IMG/VR virus record: IMGVR_UViG_3300030099_006113
Coordinates: 1-64,000 of that record
From: an uncultured virus (IMG/VR IMGVR_UViG_3300030099_006113)
Lineage: Duplodnaviria > Heunggongvirae > Uroviricota > Caudoviricetes
Length of the DNA stretch: 64,000 nucleotides
Reading direction: 5' to 3' (one strand)
Below, one piece after another: positions 1 to 10,380 of this stretch; positions within the stretch are counted from its first letter, which is position 1; every line of letters starts with the position of its first letter. Below the pieces are notes generated by a model that worked only from the letters and a program-made list of their open reading frames with translations, made no database searches and was not told the DNA's origin. The position numbers were made by a program, and so were the translations under genes.

Positions 1-77
1 TCGAAACTCGCCATCAACGCTCAGAGTTCTAGAAAACGTAGGTTCGCCAATGTGAACATGCGCACCACCGCCCCCTA
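1..77. repeat. 77-bp exact direct repeat of 34725-34801
   Basis: TCGAAACTCGCC...ACCGCCCCCTA is identical at both sites. The copies diverge at 78/34802 and continue as synonymous-type variants. Confidence 0.95.
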
Positions 78-231
78 AAATTACTCTTTCAGCTGAGTCG
101 GTAGTGTCAATCTCGATGTAGTCTTTGCCATCGGCAGACTCAATCAGCACCGAGGGGTCAAGGTTGTCGTCGATTTCTGAGGTGCCAGCTACGCCGCTGG
201 CGGGTACTCGAACAATTTTTGCATCTGCCAT
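1..231 (-). CDS. Tail fibre, N-terminal 77 codons (phage A allele; not in ORF track)
   Basis: Reads MADAKIVRVPASGVAGTSEIDDNLDPSVLIESADGKDYIEIDTTDSAERVILGGGGAHVHIGEPTFSRTLSVDGEFR, collinear with the first 77 codons of 33441..34955. SD GAGGT upstream. Confidence 0.9.
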   Translation of the reverse strand, partial: MADAKIVRVPASGVAGTSEIDDNLDPSVLIESADGKDYIEIDTTDSAERVILGGGGAHVHIGEPTFSRTLSVDGEFR

Positions 232-239
232 AACTTACC

Positions 240-566
240 TCATTTCGCCACGGTCGCATCAATACGAATGGCGCCACCGGACGGTGTGCCTGTTACGTCG
301 TCAGTCACAATGCGAATATGCCCCAATTTAAAATCGAAATTTAAGACGCTAAGAACGTTTTGTGTGAGGTTTACGGTCTGAATATCCGCGGTGGTTTCGG
401 TACCGTCGCTGTCAGTAAACACATAGCGCACAACCATCTTTACATTGGTCGATGCCGTTAGAGCGACAATGCTGATTGAAATTTGATTCTCAACCTTCAG
501 GTCCAGCGCGGTGATTTCACTGAATGTCGCATTGGGCACGGTATCGCGGTACTTGATTATTCTCAT
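240..566 (-). CDS. Small beta-rich virion protein upstream of tail fibre
   Basis: Clear homolog of 34964..35293 (ASTNV, ADIQT.LTQNVLSV.NFD). SD AGGAG. Confidence 0.75.
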   Translation of the reverse strand: MRIIKYRDTVPNATFSEITALDLKVENQISISIVALTASTNVKMVVRYVFTDSDGTETTADIQTVNLTQNVLSVLNFDFKLGHIRIVTDDVTGTPSGGAIRIDATVAK

Positions 567-615
567 GATTTTCTCCTAGGGCACAAGGCCGAGACATATC
601 TTCATCTCAAGTGGT

Positions 616-3450
616 TCAGGTCATGGCCTGTTCTACCGGTAGTATAGCGCGGTTAGCTGACTCTTTCAAAGAAGCAACTCGCCTCTGTGGTCTTCTTGCT
701 TGCTCTGTTGCCTTCATGACATTTTGCATGGCTCCAATAAAACCAGGCTGAAGGGCTGGGCTTAAGGGCATTCCGGAGAACCGACTAATCTGCATGGTGT
801 CTGCAAACGATAGCGCTGTTCCCTGAATCTCTGTCTGGTCCCTAATTTCGCCAAGGAGCTTGTCCATATATTCCTGAAAGAGAATAGGATACGCCTCGGC
901 AAAAACCCTGCCCATGTTTCGACTAGCCGTGCCCTGCTCAAGGGCTTGGGTTACTTTGCCGATGGGGTCTGCGAGGGTGTCTCTGGTCTCCAGGTATTCT
1001 GCCTTTCCAGAGTCCGACATGATTATTCTAGTCTGCCCTGTTAGCGGGTCAGTCTCGACAATCCCTGCCTTGGCGGCTGCCCTTTGCAGCATGTTAATCT
1101 GCTTGACCGTGTTGCTGGCTATCTCCTGCCTAAGCATCGGGGCGTCCTCGATGTCCACAGTGCTTCTCTCGATACGGGCAGTCAAAGAGGTCGGCTCAGA
1201 GAGTCTGGAGATTGCCTGTATTTCTGCCGCCACATCTTCGTTCTCATTGCCGCTAGACTTGACGCCAATGAGCGCCAAGATAGAGGGAACCTTGGATGCT
1301 CTTTGTGGTCCGCCTGCCTGATTCTTAACAATTCGATTGGTTACCCGAGACACGCTTTTGTCTATGCGCTTGGTCATCATAGACTTCATGTTGTGGATTA
1401 CCATGCGTCTTTTGATGGCGTTTCCGGGTCGGATGATGTCGTTGGCTGCGGCGGCCACAACAGCCCCCGGAATGCCGCCTATGGCGTAAGCGGCGCCGCC
1501 GGCGAGCAGGGACATGGAACTGTCGTTGGCCTGGGATAGATGCTTGAGTTCTTTCTGTGCCGCGAGAAGCTCTCCGAAGTTAGCCAACTGCTTATTAATC
1601 TCCCCGGTGTTTGCCGCGAACCCTGCAAAGTCGTCACCATAAGAACCTTTTGCTGCGTCAATAAAGTCCTGAAAAGACTTAATGGTGTCCTCAAAAACCT
1701 CTTTGGCCAAAGAGGCTCTTTCGTCAAACTCATCTGCTCTTCTTACGAATATAGATATCTTGTTAGGGTTTGGCCTTAGCGTGTCTCCGTCTTTAATGAG
1801 GAATTGTTTTTGAAACCTGTTAGCGTTTTTTAACAACTTGTGGAAAGGCGCATTTACCGCTGCTTGAGCTTTGGCGGCCTCTCCGAATAACTCTTCTTTT
1901 TCAAGAACACTTCTTAAGCTTTGATAAAGCGTGTCCATTTCAGCAGAAGCATTGAAGCTTATCTTGCCTTCGGGCCTAACCCGGTAAGAGTACGCTCCAA
2001 CTACTTTCTTGAACTCATCGAGCTGGTTGAAGATGGTGGCGGGCAGGTTGCCCCATTGCGTTGGTATGTTTGCCTGGGCGATTTCTCCTAGCGGAGTGGT
2101 CACGTCTTCCACTATTGATTTTAGGCCGGGGGTTACTTTTTCGGTCTTAAGGACAAACGAACCGTCCTTAAGTACGATTCTTCCCCCTTTGGGAATTTGA
2201 TTTGTTTTTCTTAAGTGAGACTGTATTGCTTCGCCCATTTTCTTGAGCTGAAGATCTACAGCGTCCATCAAGGGGCCTGCCTTTTCCTGGGCGGCCTTGT
2301 ATGCCACATCATCCTTAAGCATTACGCTCAAGGATTTTTTAACCGCGCCCAAAGAATTGATGGACGATTGAATGGTCTCAAGGGGATCTTCAGCTTTTAC
2401 CAGGTCCCTCATTCTTTCGGCCTTTGTGGAGCCTGAGGCCATCCTAGTCGCATTTTGCAAATCCGACAAAAACCCTTCGATGTATTTCTTTACATCGGCA
2501 TTTGTTTTTTTGCGGACTTCATCAAAGCCAACGAATCTGTCTAAAAACTCTGGGTCTCTGAACTTGGCAATTGTCGCCCTATCGCCGCTGGTCATGGCCG
2601 CAGTCAGCTCGTCAGAGAATTGAGCAACCTTCTCTCCGACACCTTTCGAGAATCGATTGCCATGAAACGCCTGGAAGGCTTTGGTAATTGCCGCCGGACC
2701 GGCACCAAGCGCGGCACCGATACCACCCGACAGAACGCCGATGCCGCCGATATCGAGCATTATCTGCTCTGCTGTTCTGTCTGTTCTGCCCAGCACTTCC
2801 TCGGAGAGAGTCTCGCCCGCGCCAAAGAGAACGCCCTCTACACCTGCCGCTGCACCAAGAGAGGCGCCGCCCCTGACAAGCTTGTCTGCAATGGCATCTG
2901 TCTGAGCAAAGCCCGCCTTTGCCAGGGCAGAGGCAGTTAGCTTTTCAGCGGCAACCCCAGCCCTAGCCGCTCCTCCGGCGGCAGTTTTTTGCAGGATACG
3001 CGCAGCCAGCGAGGTGCCGCCGGTTGCAAAAGCAGGCAGCACTACGCCGCCAATTTCGCCAACAGCGCTTACTGCCGGGTTGTACTCTTCGAGCTTTCGA
3101 AGGTCTTCCTCGGAGTAAAAGCCAAACTTCTCTGCGGCAATATCCGTAAGGCCAAAAGACAGTCCTCGACCGGCAGCGAGAAGAAGAGCCTCGACGGGGG
3201 CTGTCCCACCCCCATACTCAAGCTCATCAATTCTCTCCTGCCTGTCGACAGCCAAATCATACGAGCCGCCTGCAAGCAGAACGTCATCAAACTTATCGGC
3301 AGACACGGTCCCAAAGGAACCATCAGGCAATCGAACGTTTACCTCGGCGTCATTCCTAAAAAGGTATCGACCGCTTTTATAGGCCTCTTCAACAAGGTGG
3401 TCTTGAATGTCCACCCATTGATTGCCTTGTCTGTCGTAGAGCTTTGGCAT
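616..3450 (-). CDS. Large internal virion/ejection protein
   Basis: 944 aa, Gly/Ala-rich hydrophobic segments, last of the post-nozzle cluster. Homolog 35371..38625 (EYG, YNP motifs). Confidence 0.65.
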   Translation of the reverse strand: MPKLYDRQGNQWVDIQDHLVEEAYKSGRYLFRNDAEVNVRLPDGSFGTVSADKFDDVLLAGGSYDLAVDRQERIDELEYGGGTAPVEALLLAAGRGLSFGLTDIAAEKFGFYSEEDLRKLEEYNPAVSAVGEIGGVVLPAFATGGTSLAARILQKTAAGGAARAGVAAEKLTASALAKAGFAQTDAIADKLVRGGASLGAAAGVEGVLFGAGETLSEEVLGRTDRTAEQIMLDIGGIGVLSGGIGAALGAGPAAITKAFQAFHGNRFSKGVGEKVAQFSDELTAAMTSGDRATIAKFRDPEFLDRFVGFDEVRKKTNADVKKYIEGFLSDLQNATRMASGSTKAERMRDLVKAEDPLETIQSSINSLGAVKKSLSVMLKDDVAYKAAQEKAGPLMDAVDLQLKKMGEAIQSHLRKTNQIPKGGRIVLKDGSFVLKTEKVTPGLKSIVEDVTTPLGEIAQANIPTQWGNLPATIFNQLDEFKKVVGAYSYRVRPEGKISFNASAEMDTLYQSLRSVLEKEELFGEAAKAQAAVNAPFHKLLKNANRFQKQFLIKDGDTLRPNPNKISIFVRRADEFDERASLAKEVFEDTIKSFQDFIDAAKGSYGDDFAGFAANTGEINKQLANFGELLAAQKELKHLSQANDSSMSLLAGGAAYAIGGIPGAVVAAAANDIIRPGNAIKRRMVIHNMKSMMTKRIDKSVSRVTNRIVKNQAGGPQRASKVPSILALIGVKSSGNENEDVAAEIQAISRLSEPTSLTARIERSTVDIEDAPMLRQEIASNTVKQINMLQRAAAKAGIVETDPLTGQTRIIMSDSGKAEYLETRDTLADPIGKVTQALEQGTASRNMGRVFAEAYPILFQEYMDKLLGEIRDQTEIQGTALSFADTMQISRFSGMPLSPALQPGFIGAMQNVMKATEQARRPQRRVASLKESANRAILPVEQAMT

Positions 3451-5078
3451 TATCGACCTTCCTTAAATCCAAGCTCGTCCTTCAAGTCTTCTACTTCGCC
3501 CCTAAATTTTCCGTATATAACATTTGGGTCTTTATTTAATACGCCTTTTGCATATCTCTCAAGAAAGCCTACGCCGTCAGGACCAACAGACATTCCGCCC
3601 ACCGCAGCTGCTCGTTCCAAAATTTTCTCTAATTGTTTTATCATTGCATCCCCTCTTTCCTGGGGTGTCCCCGAGGGAGGAATGAGAGAAAGCAGAATTG
3701 CAAAGTCTTTATCTGTTGGGCGGCCACCATCCGTTGCATTTGTAATAAACTTAGCGGTGATTGATCGAAGGCCCTCGTAAGTCGTAACATCCTCTGTTGT
3801 CAGGATTGGTATAGCCCCTTCACCTAAAACACCCCTAACCAGGCTTCCGAAGATTCCTTCCACGCCGCCGACCTCTTTAAACTTGGCTCTTAAATCTTTC
3901 ACTTGCGCGAGAGCCATTTTAATCTTTGCCAGGGAGGCGTCTTTTTTACCGCCACCGCCACCTTTGCCGGCCATTCGGGTTTCGGCAAGAGCCAGCTGGC
4001 CTTCCAGTTGCAGCAATTGTGTTTTTGATTTTGCGCTGGCTGACTGAAGTTGGGCTATCTGTTGATCAATGTTTAGTTGGGCATTTTCGCTCTTGTGTAC
4101 AGCCTTGAGTGCCTCTAGTCCTTGAACCGCAGCCGCAATGCCAGCCTGCTGCGTTGCTAGCTCGGCAGAGCGTTCTGACCCAAACCTATTAAGCATTTGC
4201 GCATAGAGGTTGTTCTTGTTTCGCAACACGTCTTTGCGCGTTCGAAGCTCCTCTTTCTGGATGTCGACGTCTCGATTGATTGCGTCGTTGATAATCTTAT
4301 ACGCAGTGTTTGGGCCGCCTCGGCCTGACACGCCTTGCCCAAAGGCACTCATGGCAATTGCGACGGCAGATGCCAGTCGAGAGCCCGTTGTCTTAAACGC
4401 ACGGTTTGGGTCAATCTCGTAGTTAAGAACCATGCGCTCTGCGTCTGCGATGTTTCTTTCTGCTCGCTCTGTTGCCCCCTGATGGCGAGATTGCATAATC
4501 TCAAGAGCGCGTGCCCTTCTGCTTGCCTCGTCGGCAATCTTTTGACGCTCAGTCGCAATTTGTTTTTCTTGCGCGATTAGAGTTTTTTCTTGAGCCCTAA
4601 GGGCCTTTGCTGCGTCACCCGTGGCAGTCTCTAGCTGTTGAGATGTCCTGGCTATTTTTGCGCGTACAATATCCAGAGCAGATGGGCCAGACGGTTGCGC
4701 TTCTTGGGCGAGCATGTCTGCAAAGGCGGACCCGGAAACCGCCGGGGCTGCTTGCTCAAAAGGCGATCTGCCTGCTTTTTCGGCAGCTAAGGCGGCAGCA
4801 ATTTCAGCCGGGCTTGCACTGCCAAGCTTATCAATGTCTTCTATTTTTTCAGGGTATTGCTCGTAAAGACGCGCCTGAAGATCTTGCACTCTGGCCTTGT
4901 CCGCCTCGTCTTCGGCGCTTGCAAATTCGTTCTCCCTGCTAGACTCTTTTTTTACTTTTCTTTGCGCGCTTCTTCGAGCTGACTCCATCCTGCTCTGTGG
5001 TGTCTCTTCCTCTTTGAGGCCGCTGACAATATCCTCGTCAGAACGCATCAACCTCTCTTTTAAAAAATCTAATGCCAT
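3450..5078 (-). CDS. Internal virion/ejection protein, coiled-coil
   Basis: Coiled-coil composition with a central hydrophobic helix. Syntenic with 38636..40555. Confidence 0.6.
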   Translation of the reverse strand: MALDFLKERLMRSDEDIVSGLKEEETPQSRMESARRSAQRKVKKESSRENEFASAEDEADKARVQDLQARLYEQYPEKIEDIDKLGSASPAEIAAALAAEKAGRSPFEQAAPAVSGSAFADMLAQEAQPSGPSALDIVRAKIARTSQQLETATGDAAKALRAQEKTLIAQEKQIATERQKIADEASRRARALEIMQSRHQGATERAERNIADAERMVLNYEIDPNRAFKTTGSRLASAVAIAMSAFGQGVSGRGGPNTAYKIINDAINRDVDIQKEELRTRKDVLRNKNNLYAQMLNRFGSERSAELATQQAGIAAAVQGLEALKAVHKSENAQLNIDQQIAQLQSASAKSKTQLLQLEGQLALAETRMAGKGGGGGKKDASLAKIKMALAQVKDLRAKFKEVGGVEGIFGSLVRGVLGEGAIPILTTEDVTTYEGLRSITAKFITNATDGGRPTDKDFAILLSLIPPSGTPQERGDAMIKQLEKILERAAAVGGMSVGPDGVGFLERYAKGVLNKDPNVIYGKFRGEVEDLKDELGFKEGR

Positions 5079-5092
5079 TTTGTCGCCCCTTC

Positions 5093-5815
5093 CTACGCAG
5101 AAAATCTGCCTACTGCTCCGCCAAATGCTCTGCCGCCGGCTCCGCCAGCAGCGGCTCCGGCAGGACCTCCGAGAGCACCACCAGCGATTGCTCCTACGGC
5201 GCCGAATATACCGCTAAGAACGTCGCCAAACATAGATCTTTCCGCCGCATCCACTTGCTGTTGTATTTGAGCCATGGCCATTGCCTTGTCGGCAGCCCTT
5301 TGCTCGCCCGCAATTAAGAGTTGTTCTAGGCTTGCGCCCGCTTGCTGTTGAGCCAATTTGGCCGCTGCGCCAATCTGCGCCTCACCCTCAAGCTCTGCCC
5401 TTTGCGCTGCTCGCTCTCCCTGCTGAAGGCTTTGAGCAACGTCAAACCCGGTGCTAGATGCAGCCATTCCTCGCTGCGCACCAGTTAAGATTTGGAGCGC
5501 TCTCTCTGCGTCGATTTGCCCTTGAGTCTTTCTTTTTCCCTCAGCAATATCTGCTAGCCGAGATGCGTAGTCAAAAAGCTTATCGCCCTCTAGTCCGGCC
5601 CTTTCTCTTGCCGAGCCTCGTCCTAACTCGGCAGCGCGCTCCTGTGTTTTTCTACGGTAATAATCGTCAGACATTCTGTTATAAAAACTGTCGGGGTCTC
5701 CCCCGCTCGCCTCAACAGCGGCCCTATATTCGTCTCGAACCTCCCTGCCCGCCTGCAAGGTTTCTTCGTCGGTGGGGTCGGTATCAAGATAATTAAAGAT
5801 TGATTCATCATCCAT
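5093..5815 (-). CDS. Putative ejection/pilot protein with C-terminal glycine-zipper
   Basis: Gln/Ala-rich; C-terminal GAVGAIAGGALGGPAGAAAGG. Confidence 0.6.
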   Translation of the reverse strand: MDDESIFNYLDTDPTDEETLQAGREVRDEYRAAVEASGGDPDSFYNRMSDDYYRRKTQERAAELGRGSARERAGLEGDKLFDYASRLADIAEGKRKTQGQIDAERALQILTGAQRGMAASSTGFDVAQSLQQGERAAQRAELEGEAQIGAAAKLAQQQAGASLEQLLIAGEQRAADKAMAMAQIQQQVDAAERSMFGDVLSGIFGAVGAIAGGALGGPAGAAAGGAGGRAFGGAVGRFSA

Positions 5816-6335
5816 AACTCACCCCCGGAATAATAAAGTCGCCCATCACCGGCTTAGACTTTTTTCTTAATTTTTCAAGCTCTTCTGCTTCGGCCCTTAC
5901 AGACATAGCCCGAAGAGCTTCAAGGTCCTCTGGATTAAACTGGGACATGTCATCAACCTGAGGATTCATTGCCGACAGGTCCATTCTTTTCTGAAAGGCA
6001 GCTTCGGCCTGAGCTTTGTCCATGGCGTTCTTTTCTATGAAATACGCCCCCAGTGCTCCTGTTGCATCAGCCGCTCCGCCAATGAGGCCTAAAANNNNNN
6101 NNNNAAGCCGAGACTTTGAAACGCTTCTTCTGGACTCTGCCCCGGCAGCGGCCTCAAGCGCCCTGCCGGTCCTGGCCTCTCTTGCCATTTCTTGCTGTAT
6201 CTCTCCCATAGCGATTTGTCTCATAATGGAAGAGGCTGCTTGGCCGGCCACCGCATCTTTTACCATGCGTCGCTGCTCTTCTGCTGCTGCTTGTTGACGC
6301 AGCATTTGGGTCACAAATGGGGCTACGCTAGACAT
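5808..6335 (-). CDS. Putative ejection protein (contains assembly gap)
   Basis: Directly after the nozzle. The frame across the Ns at 6095-6104 is uncertain. Confidence 0.45.
   Translation of the reverse strand: MSSVAPFVTQMLRQQAAAEEQRRMVKDAVAGQAASSIMRQIAMGEIQQEMAREARTGRALEAAAGAESRRSVSKSRLXXXXLGLIGGAADATGALGAYFIEKNAMDKAQAEAAFQKRMDLSAMNPQVDDMSQFNPEDLEALRAMSVRAEAEELEKLRKKSKPVMGDFIIPGVSYG
6095..6104. other. 10-N scaffold gap
   Basis: Ten n characters in the sequence. Confidence 0.99.
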
Positions 6336-9300
6336 CAGTAAGTCCTGTTTTGAGATGTTTTAAAGTTTGTTGATTCAGGCCTAATCCCAACCTCGAAGGC
6401 TATGCCGTTAAGGCGAGCCGCCTCAGTGGAGCCGCTTAGAACAAGCTTAATTCTTATTGCCCTGTTCTTCTGGCTGGGCATGTGTACCCGATACAGGTAA
6501 ATGTCACTCGGTGCTTGAGTTATGTTTAGGGTGGGTGACGCCTCGTCGCCCGTCTTGTAGTCCACATAGATTTGCGCCTCTGCCTCATGCGCTCCCATGT
6601 ACTCGCCCAGGTACATAAACCTGTACACCCTGTCCTTTTTCAGTATGCCCGAGGGGGAGATAAACCCGGTGTCGACAACCATGTCGTAGTTTGTGCTGTT
6701 GTCCTGAAACACCGTTGTGGATTGCTCCCACTGCTTGCCATCTGCCGTCAGCCTTTGAAAGCTAGACCCGTTGTAGACTTCTGCTATCTGGTGAGCGGAT
6801 GACGTGTATGCAATGGTGTACCTGCTCCACTGCTGGAAGTAGTAGTTGTAGATAAGGTACTGGTCAGAGCCTGACGACGTTCCGGCGTTCGACAGCATAA
6901 TCCTCACCTCGTTGGTGGGATCATGGCGCAACATGTTAACGGCCAGCTTGCTGGTCCTGTCTTCGACCGAAGCACCAATGTAGTTGATGCTCATATCTCT
7001 TCCGACCAGATAGATGCCTCGCTCCCCTTGGTAGAATATGCCCACAGGAGAGTCTGTGTGGGCCGCTCCTGGCTTTGCGCCTTGCCCTGATGCAAACAGT
7101 CGAGGGGCAGGAAACGCGCCTGCACCGAGCCTGTCAGGCCCTCTCCCCGACACAAAGAAGCCATTGTCCTCGGTGAACATGACGAAGTGGTCAAGGTTGC
7201 CCTCAATGGCCGTTAGCTTTGATGCGTCACCTGGAAAGTTGATTTGAAACTCGGACGTGTCGGCAGGAAACCTGACAGCTTCACCATCTGTCAGAGGGAC
7301 GGACATATAGACGTTATCGTCAATCGCCGCTGCAAATACCTTGTTCTGGTGTTTCACCAAGTCAGTGCAAGACCCAAAGCATCCTGATTGGGCTGTTCCA
7401 TCGGTGGTGTACAGGGGCTCTGCGTTTACCACGTTAGCGTGGTCTGGGGGCATATCTACAAACGCAATTTCATCCTGAAGCCCCGTGGCTCCAATCTCAT
7501 TCAACAAGGGAAGAGACCCTACTTCGTAGAAGATGTTTCCATTGCTTTCAGTTCGATAGACAAGAATGTTCACGCCCTTGCCCGTTGGCGTGTGCGTGGC
7601 TCCTCCAATCGTATATGACTCGGTGATTCCGCCTTTTCTTGTTAGTGCAGGGGGAAGCGGCCTTACGTAAACCAAGACGCGATTTGTATTGTAAACAGCG
7701 CTGATTGGAACAGACCCGCTTGACCCGTTTGGAAAGGTTAAAACCTCATCATTGGCGTACCCTGAACCCTGAGAAGTAATGCTATTTACGGACTGAACAG
7801 CTCCGCCAGAAACGGTTATGTTAAAAACTGCGCCCGTTCCGCTCCCGCCGCCCATTGTCACGTCAAATGTGCCGTTTGTATACCCACTGCCTCCAGTAAC
7901 GGCGCCCACGGTCTTTACGCCGCCTGTCGCGATGGTGACCTCATTGAAAGGAGCTGGAGCAGAGCGATAGATGTTTCCGTTGCTATCGCCCCATTCGTAG
8001 ATGACCGAGTACTTTAGAACTAAACCGTTTGTGAATCCCCGAACCGTTCCGCCCGCAACGTAAGTGTTTGCCGATGCCCCTGATTGAACAAGACGAGATA
8101 TGCTGGGCGAAACAACAAAGTCGTTCTCAAAGATTCTATCCCCATCATACCCATGCAAGACTCCGCCCGTTAAAACAAGCGAGCCGTCCGCGTCAGCGCT
8201 TGCAATGGCTCGATCTGGGTCGAAGTCGCAAGTGACCAAACTAACGCCGAAGATGGTGTCAGGGTCATAGTTATGCGTGGTTGCCGCAACGTCTTTGGAC
8301 GTGTTGATGTACCCCGCAAAACGAGATGCTCCAAACCTATACTTGTTGCTGGAGGCGTCTTTTAAAACCCTTTGAACTCCAAACCAAAGCCTACGGTTAG
8401 ACTGAACAGAATCGCCGTCATCGGCAAAGGTATACTGGGCAGGGTTTAGGGTCACATACTCCGACGTCACACAAGTCGCACATTGCCCCATCTTTGTTGC
8501 GCCAATAATCTCCCCGTTGTGATTTACAACAGCGAGCGTATTGGACAGGCCTCTTCTAAGCCTGAAATCAGGCAAGATGTCCTCGCCCAAAAGATTGTCG
8601 TTAACCACCGACATTGCAAAGTAAAGACTGGAGCCGACCCTGAACGCATCCGATGTAATCGTCGAGCAGTAACTCATCTTGTCCTTGTAGACGGATATGG
8701 ACGATGAGGAAATTGATGAGATTGTTCTGCTGCTTATGGATATCTTGTAAATCCTGGACCAATGAGGCGAGACCCTGTCAGCAGCGCCCGCCTCCGCCGT
8801 AATGGCCGATGCACCATTTACCAGTGAGACCGGAACATAAATATCGGTTGCACCGTCAGCCAATGTGCCCGCTGTGCCAGCTAAAAGAAATAGATGACCC
8901 GAGCCCCCTTGATCGTTTGTTGCGTCAGTAAAACTAACTTGATTCGCTAGATTGTCGCTTAGAAGTGTTATGTGGACCTTTGCCGTTCCGCCCACATTCG
9001 CAGTGCATCCAAACACAATAGCGGCGGTTCCAACCGCTGCGCTATCGCTCAAGGTTTTAACAAATATCTCGCTCGGCAAGACCGTGTCGGGGCCTTTTGC
9101 ATACTGAGCAAAGGCGGCTGTAATGCTCACCGTGGCGACGGTTGTTCCGTTAAGGGCGGTTCCTGAGACCTCCAGGTACTGAATCTTAAACGCCGAACCT
9201 GTGAAATAAGCCAAGACGCCGCCGCTTGCGAGTGTTTGTGTGCCGGCGATATCAACGGAGAATATCGGGTAAGTTGCATCCAAGGCGATGTCTACGCCAG

Positions 9301-10069
9301 AGCCACCACTGGTGTCTTGCAGCGTTGCACCCGCCGTCTTTCCTTGCGCCACTGTTGTCGACGACGTGCAGTCAATGCTTCGGTACGTTATCTTGTTGGT
9401 CGATGGGTCTTGATAGATGAAGAATATTCGATTTGAGACTGCAAGGCATTGAGGCCTGGGGATGTCATAAAGCCTGTTGGTACCCGTGATTGCTATGTCG
9501 TAACCAGCCAAAAGTTTGTTTGACTGTATGATGGTGCCGGTTTCTATATCTTCGGCATCATACCTTACCTGGTATTGGTTGGTCACAGCGCCAGAGCTAA
9601 CCGAAGGATAAAACTGGTACTCAGCCCAGACATAAACCCTAATACCGTTTGCTTCTGCTATCTGCGCATTGCCCTGGCGACGGTCTGGGACTCGGCGCTT
9701 TACCTTGTTCTCCACCGTCATCGGCACAAAGGTGCCCTTATCTACCAAGACGTTTGTTGTCGGGGGTGCCGTTATCTTCGAGTACGCCCGGTTGCCATCA
9801 AATACCAGTGTCTCGTTTTGATACTGAACAATGCCAACACCAGAGGAGATAGAGCCCGAGTCGCCAACCGAGCCTCCGGTCCCTGCTGCAACGTAGTTTT
9901 GCGTGCTGTTTGTCAGGACAAACCCGCCGCGCTTTCTTAATTGACCTGTTTTCTCAAAATGAACATTGTCCGCAGCCTTGAGCGAATCAATGCCAAGAGA
10001 AGGCTCTGACGCCTTTTCGTTTATGCCCTTTGCCAGCGGGAACGACAATGTCTTCTTTTGCAGAGCCAT
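6335..10069 (-). CDS. Tail nozzle/tubular protein B-like (P22 gp10/T7 gp12-like position)
   Basis: ~1240 aa, beta-rich, N-terminal PLAKGINEK...RKRGG and YNYYFQQWS near the C-terminus. Homolog 43234..46560. Likely start overlaps the upstream stop (TGATG). Confidence 0.7.
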   Translation of the reverse strand: MALQKKTLSFPLAKGINEKASEPSLGIDSLKAADNVHFEKTGQLRKRGGFVLTNSTQNYVAAGTGGSVGDSGSISSGVGIVQYQNETLVFDGNRAYSKITAPPTTNVLVDKGTFVPMTVENKVKRRVPDRRQGNAQIAEANGIRVYVWAEYQFYPSVSSGAVTNQYQVRYDAEDIETGTIIQSNKLLAGYDIAITGTNRLYDIPRPQCLAVSNRIFFIYQDPSTNKITYRSIDCTSSTTVAQGKTAGATLQDTSGGSGVDIALDATYPIFSVDIAGTQTLASGGVLAYFTGSAFKIQYLEVSGTALNGTTVATVSITAAFAQYAKGPDTVLPSEIFVKTLSDSAAVGTAAIVFGCTANVGGTAKVHITLLSDNLANQVSFTDATNDQGGSGHLFLLAGTAGTLADGATDIYVPVSLVNGASAITAEAGAADRVSPHWSRIYKISISSRTISSISSSSISVYKDKMSYCSTITSDAFRVGSSLYFAMSVVNDNLLGEDILPDFRLRRGLSNTLAVVNHNGEIIGATKMGQCATCVTSEYVTLNPAQYTFADDGDSVQSNRRLWFGVQRVLKDASSNKYRFGASRFAGYINTSKDVAATTHNYDPDTIFGVSLVTCDFDPDRAIASADADGSLVLTGGVLHGYDGDRIFENDFVVSPSISRLVQSGASANTYVAGGTVRGFTNGLVLKYSVIYEWGDSNGNIYRSAPAPFNEVTIATGGVKTVGAVTGGSGYTNGTFDVTMGGGSGTGAVFNITVSGGAVQSVNSITSQGSGYANDEVLTFPNGSSGSVPISAVYNTNRVLVYVRPLPPALTRKGGITESYTIGGATHTPTGKGVNILVYRTESNGNIFYEVGSLPLLNEIGATGLQDEIAFVDMPPDHANVVNAEPLYTTDGTAQSGCFGSCTDLVKHQNKVFAAAIDDNVYMSVPLTDGEAVRFPADTSEFQINFPGDASKLTAIEGNLDHFVMFTEDNGFFVSGRGPDRLGAGAFPAPRLFASGQGAKPGAAHTDSPVGIFYQGERGIYLVGRDMSINYIGASVEDRTSKLAVNMLRHDPTNEVRIMLSNAGTSSGSDQYLIYNYYFQQWSRYTIAYTSSAHQIAEVYNGSSFQRLTADGKQWEQSTTVFQDNSTNYDMVVDTGFISPSGILKKDRVYRFMYLGEYMGAHEAEAQIYVDYKTGDEASPTLNITQAPSDIYLYRVHMPSQKNRAIRIKLVLSGSTEAARLNGIAFEVGIRPESTNFKTSQNRTY

Positions 10070-10380
10070 CAAAACACCCACAAGCTAATGATTGAGTTTG
10101 CCGCCATTTGCAGTGGCAGGTAGTTTTTAGGGTCAACGTTTTCTTCGTTCTTGATAATAACAGTGCCTGCCACTGTGGTGGACACAACAATATACCCCTT
10201 AGGCTTTCTGTTGAGCCCATGGTACACGCGAAAGGTTTCGCTGCGGGTTACCTCGATGTCCTCAAACAACCGGCCCGCAATGATGCCTGATTGCTGAAGC
10301 TCGCTTGCAAACAGCTCTACCTTGTCCTGAACCCTGTTCAGGTCGTAGTCTTGGGTTCTATATCTTTCAACCTCGACCAT
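10069..10380 (-). CDS. Small tail protein
   Basis: LNRVQ...HGLNR...GYIVV...LWVF; homolog 46560..46877. Confidence 0.7.
   Translation of the reverse strand: MVEVERYRTQDYDLNRVQDKVELFASELQQSGIIAGRLFEDIEVTRSETFRVYHGLNRKPKGYIVVSTTVAGTVIIKNEENVDPKNYLPLQMAANSIISLWVF

Noticed and set aside
616..3450. Virion RNA polymerase recognising hairpin promoters (N4-like)
   Set aside because: The protein is far smaller than N4 vRNAP, and no polymerase motifs are recognisable in either large ejection protein.
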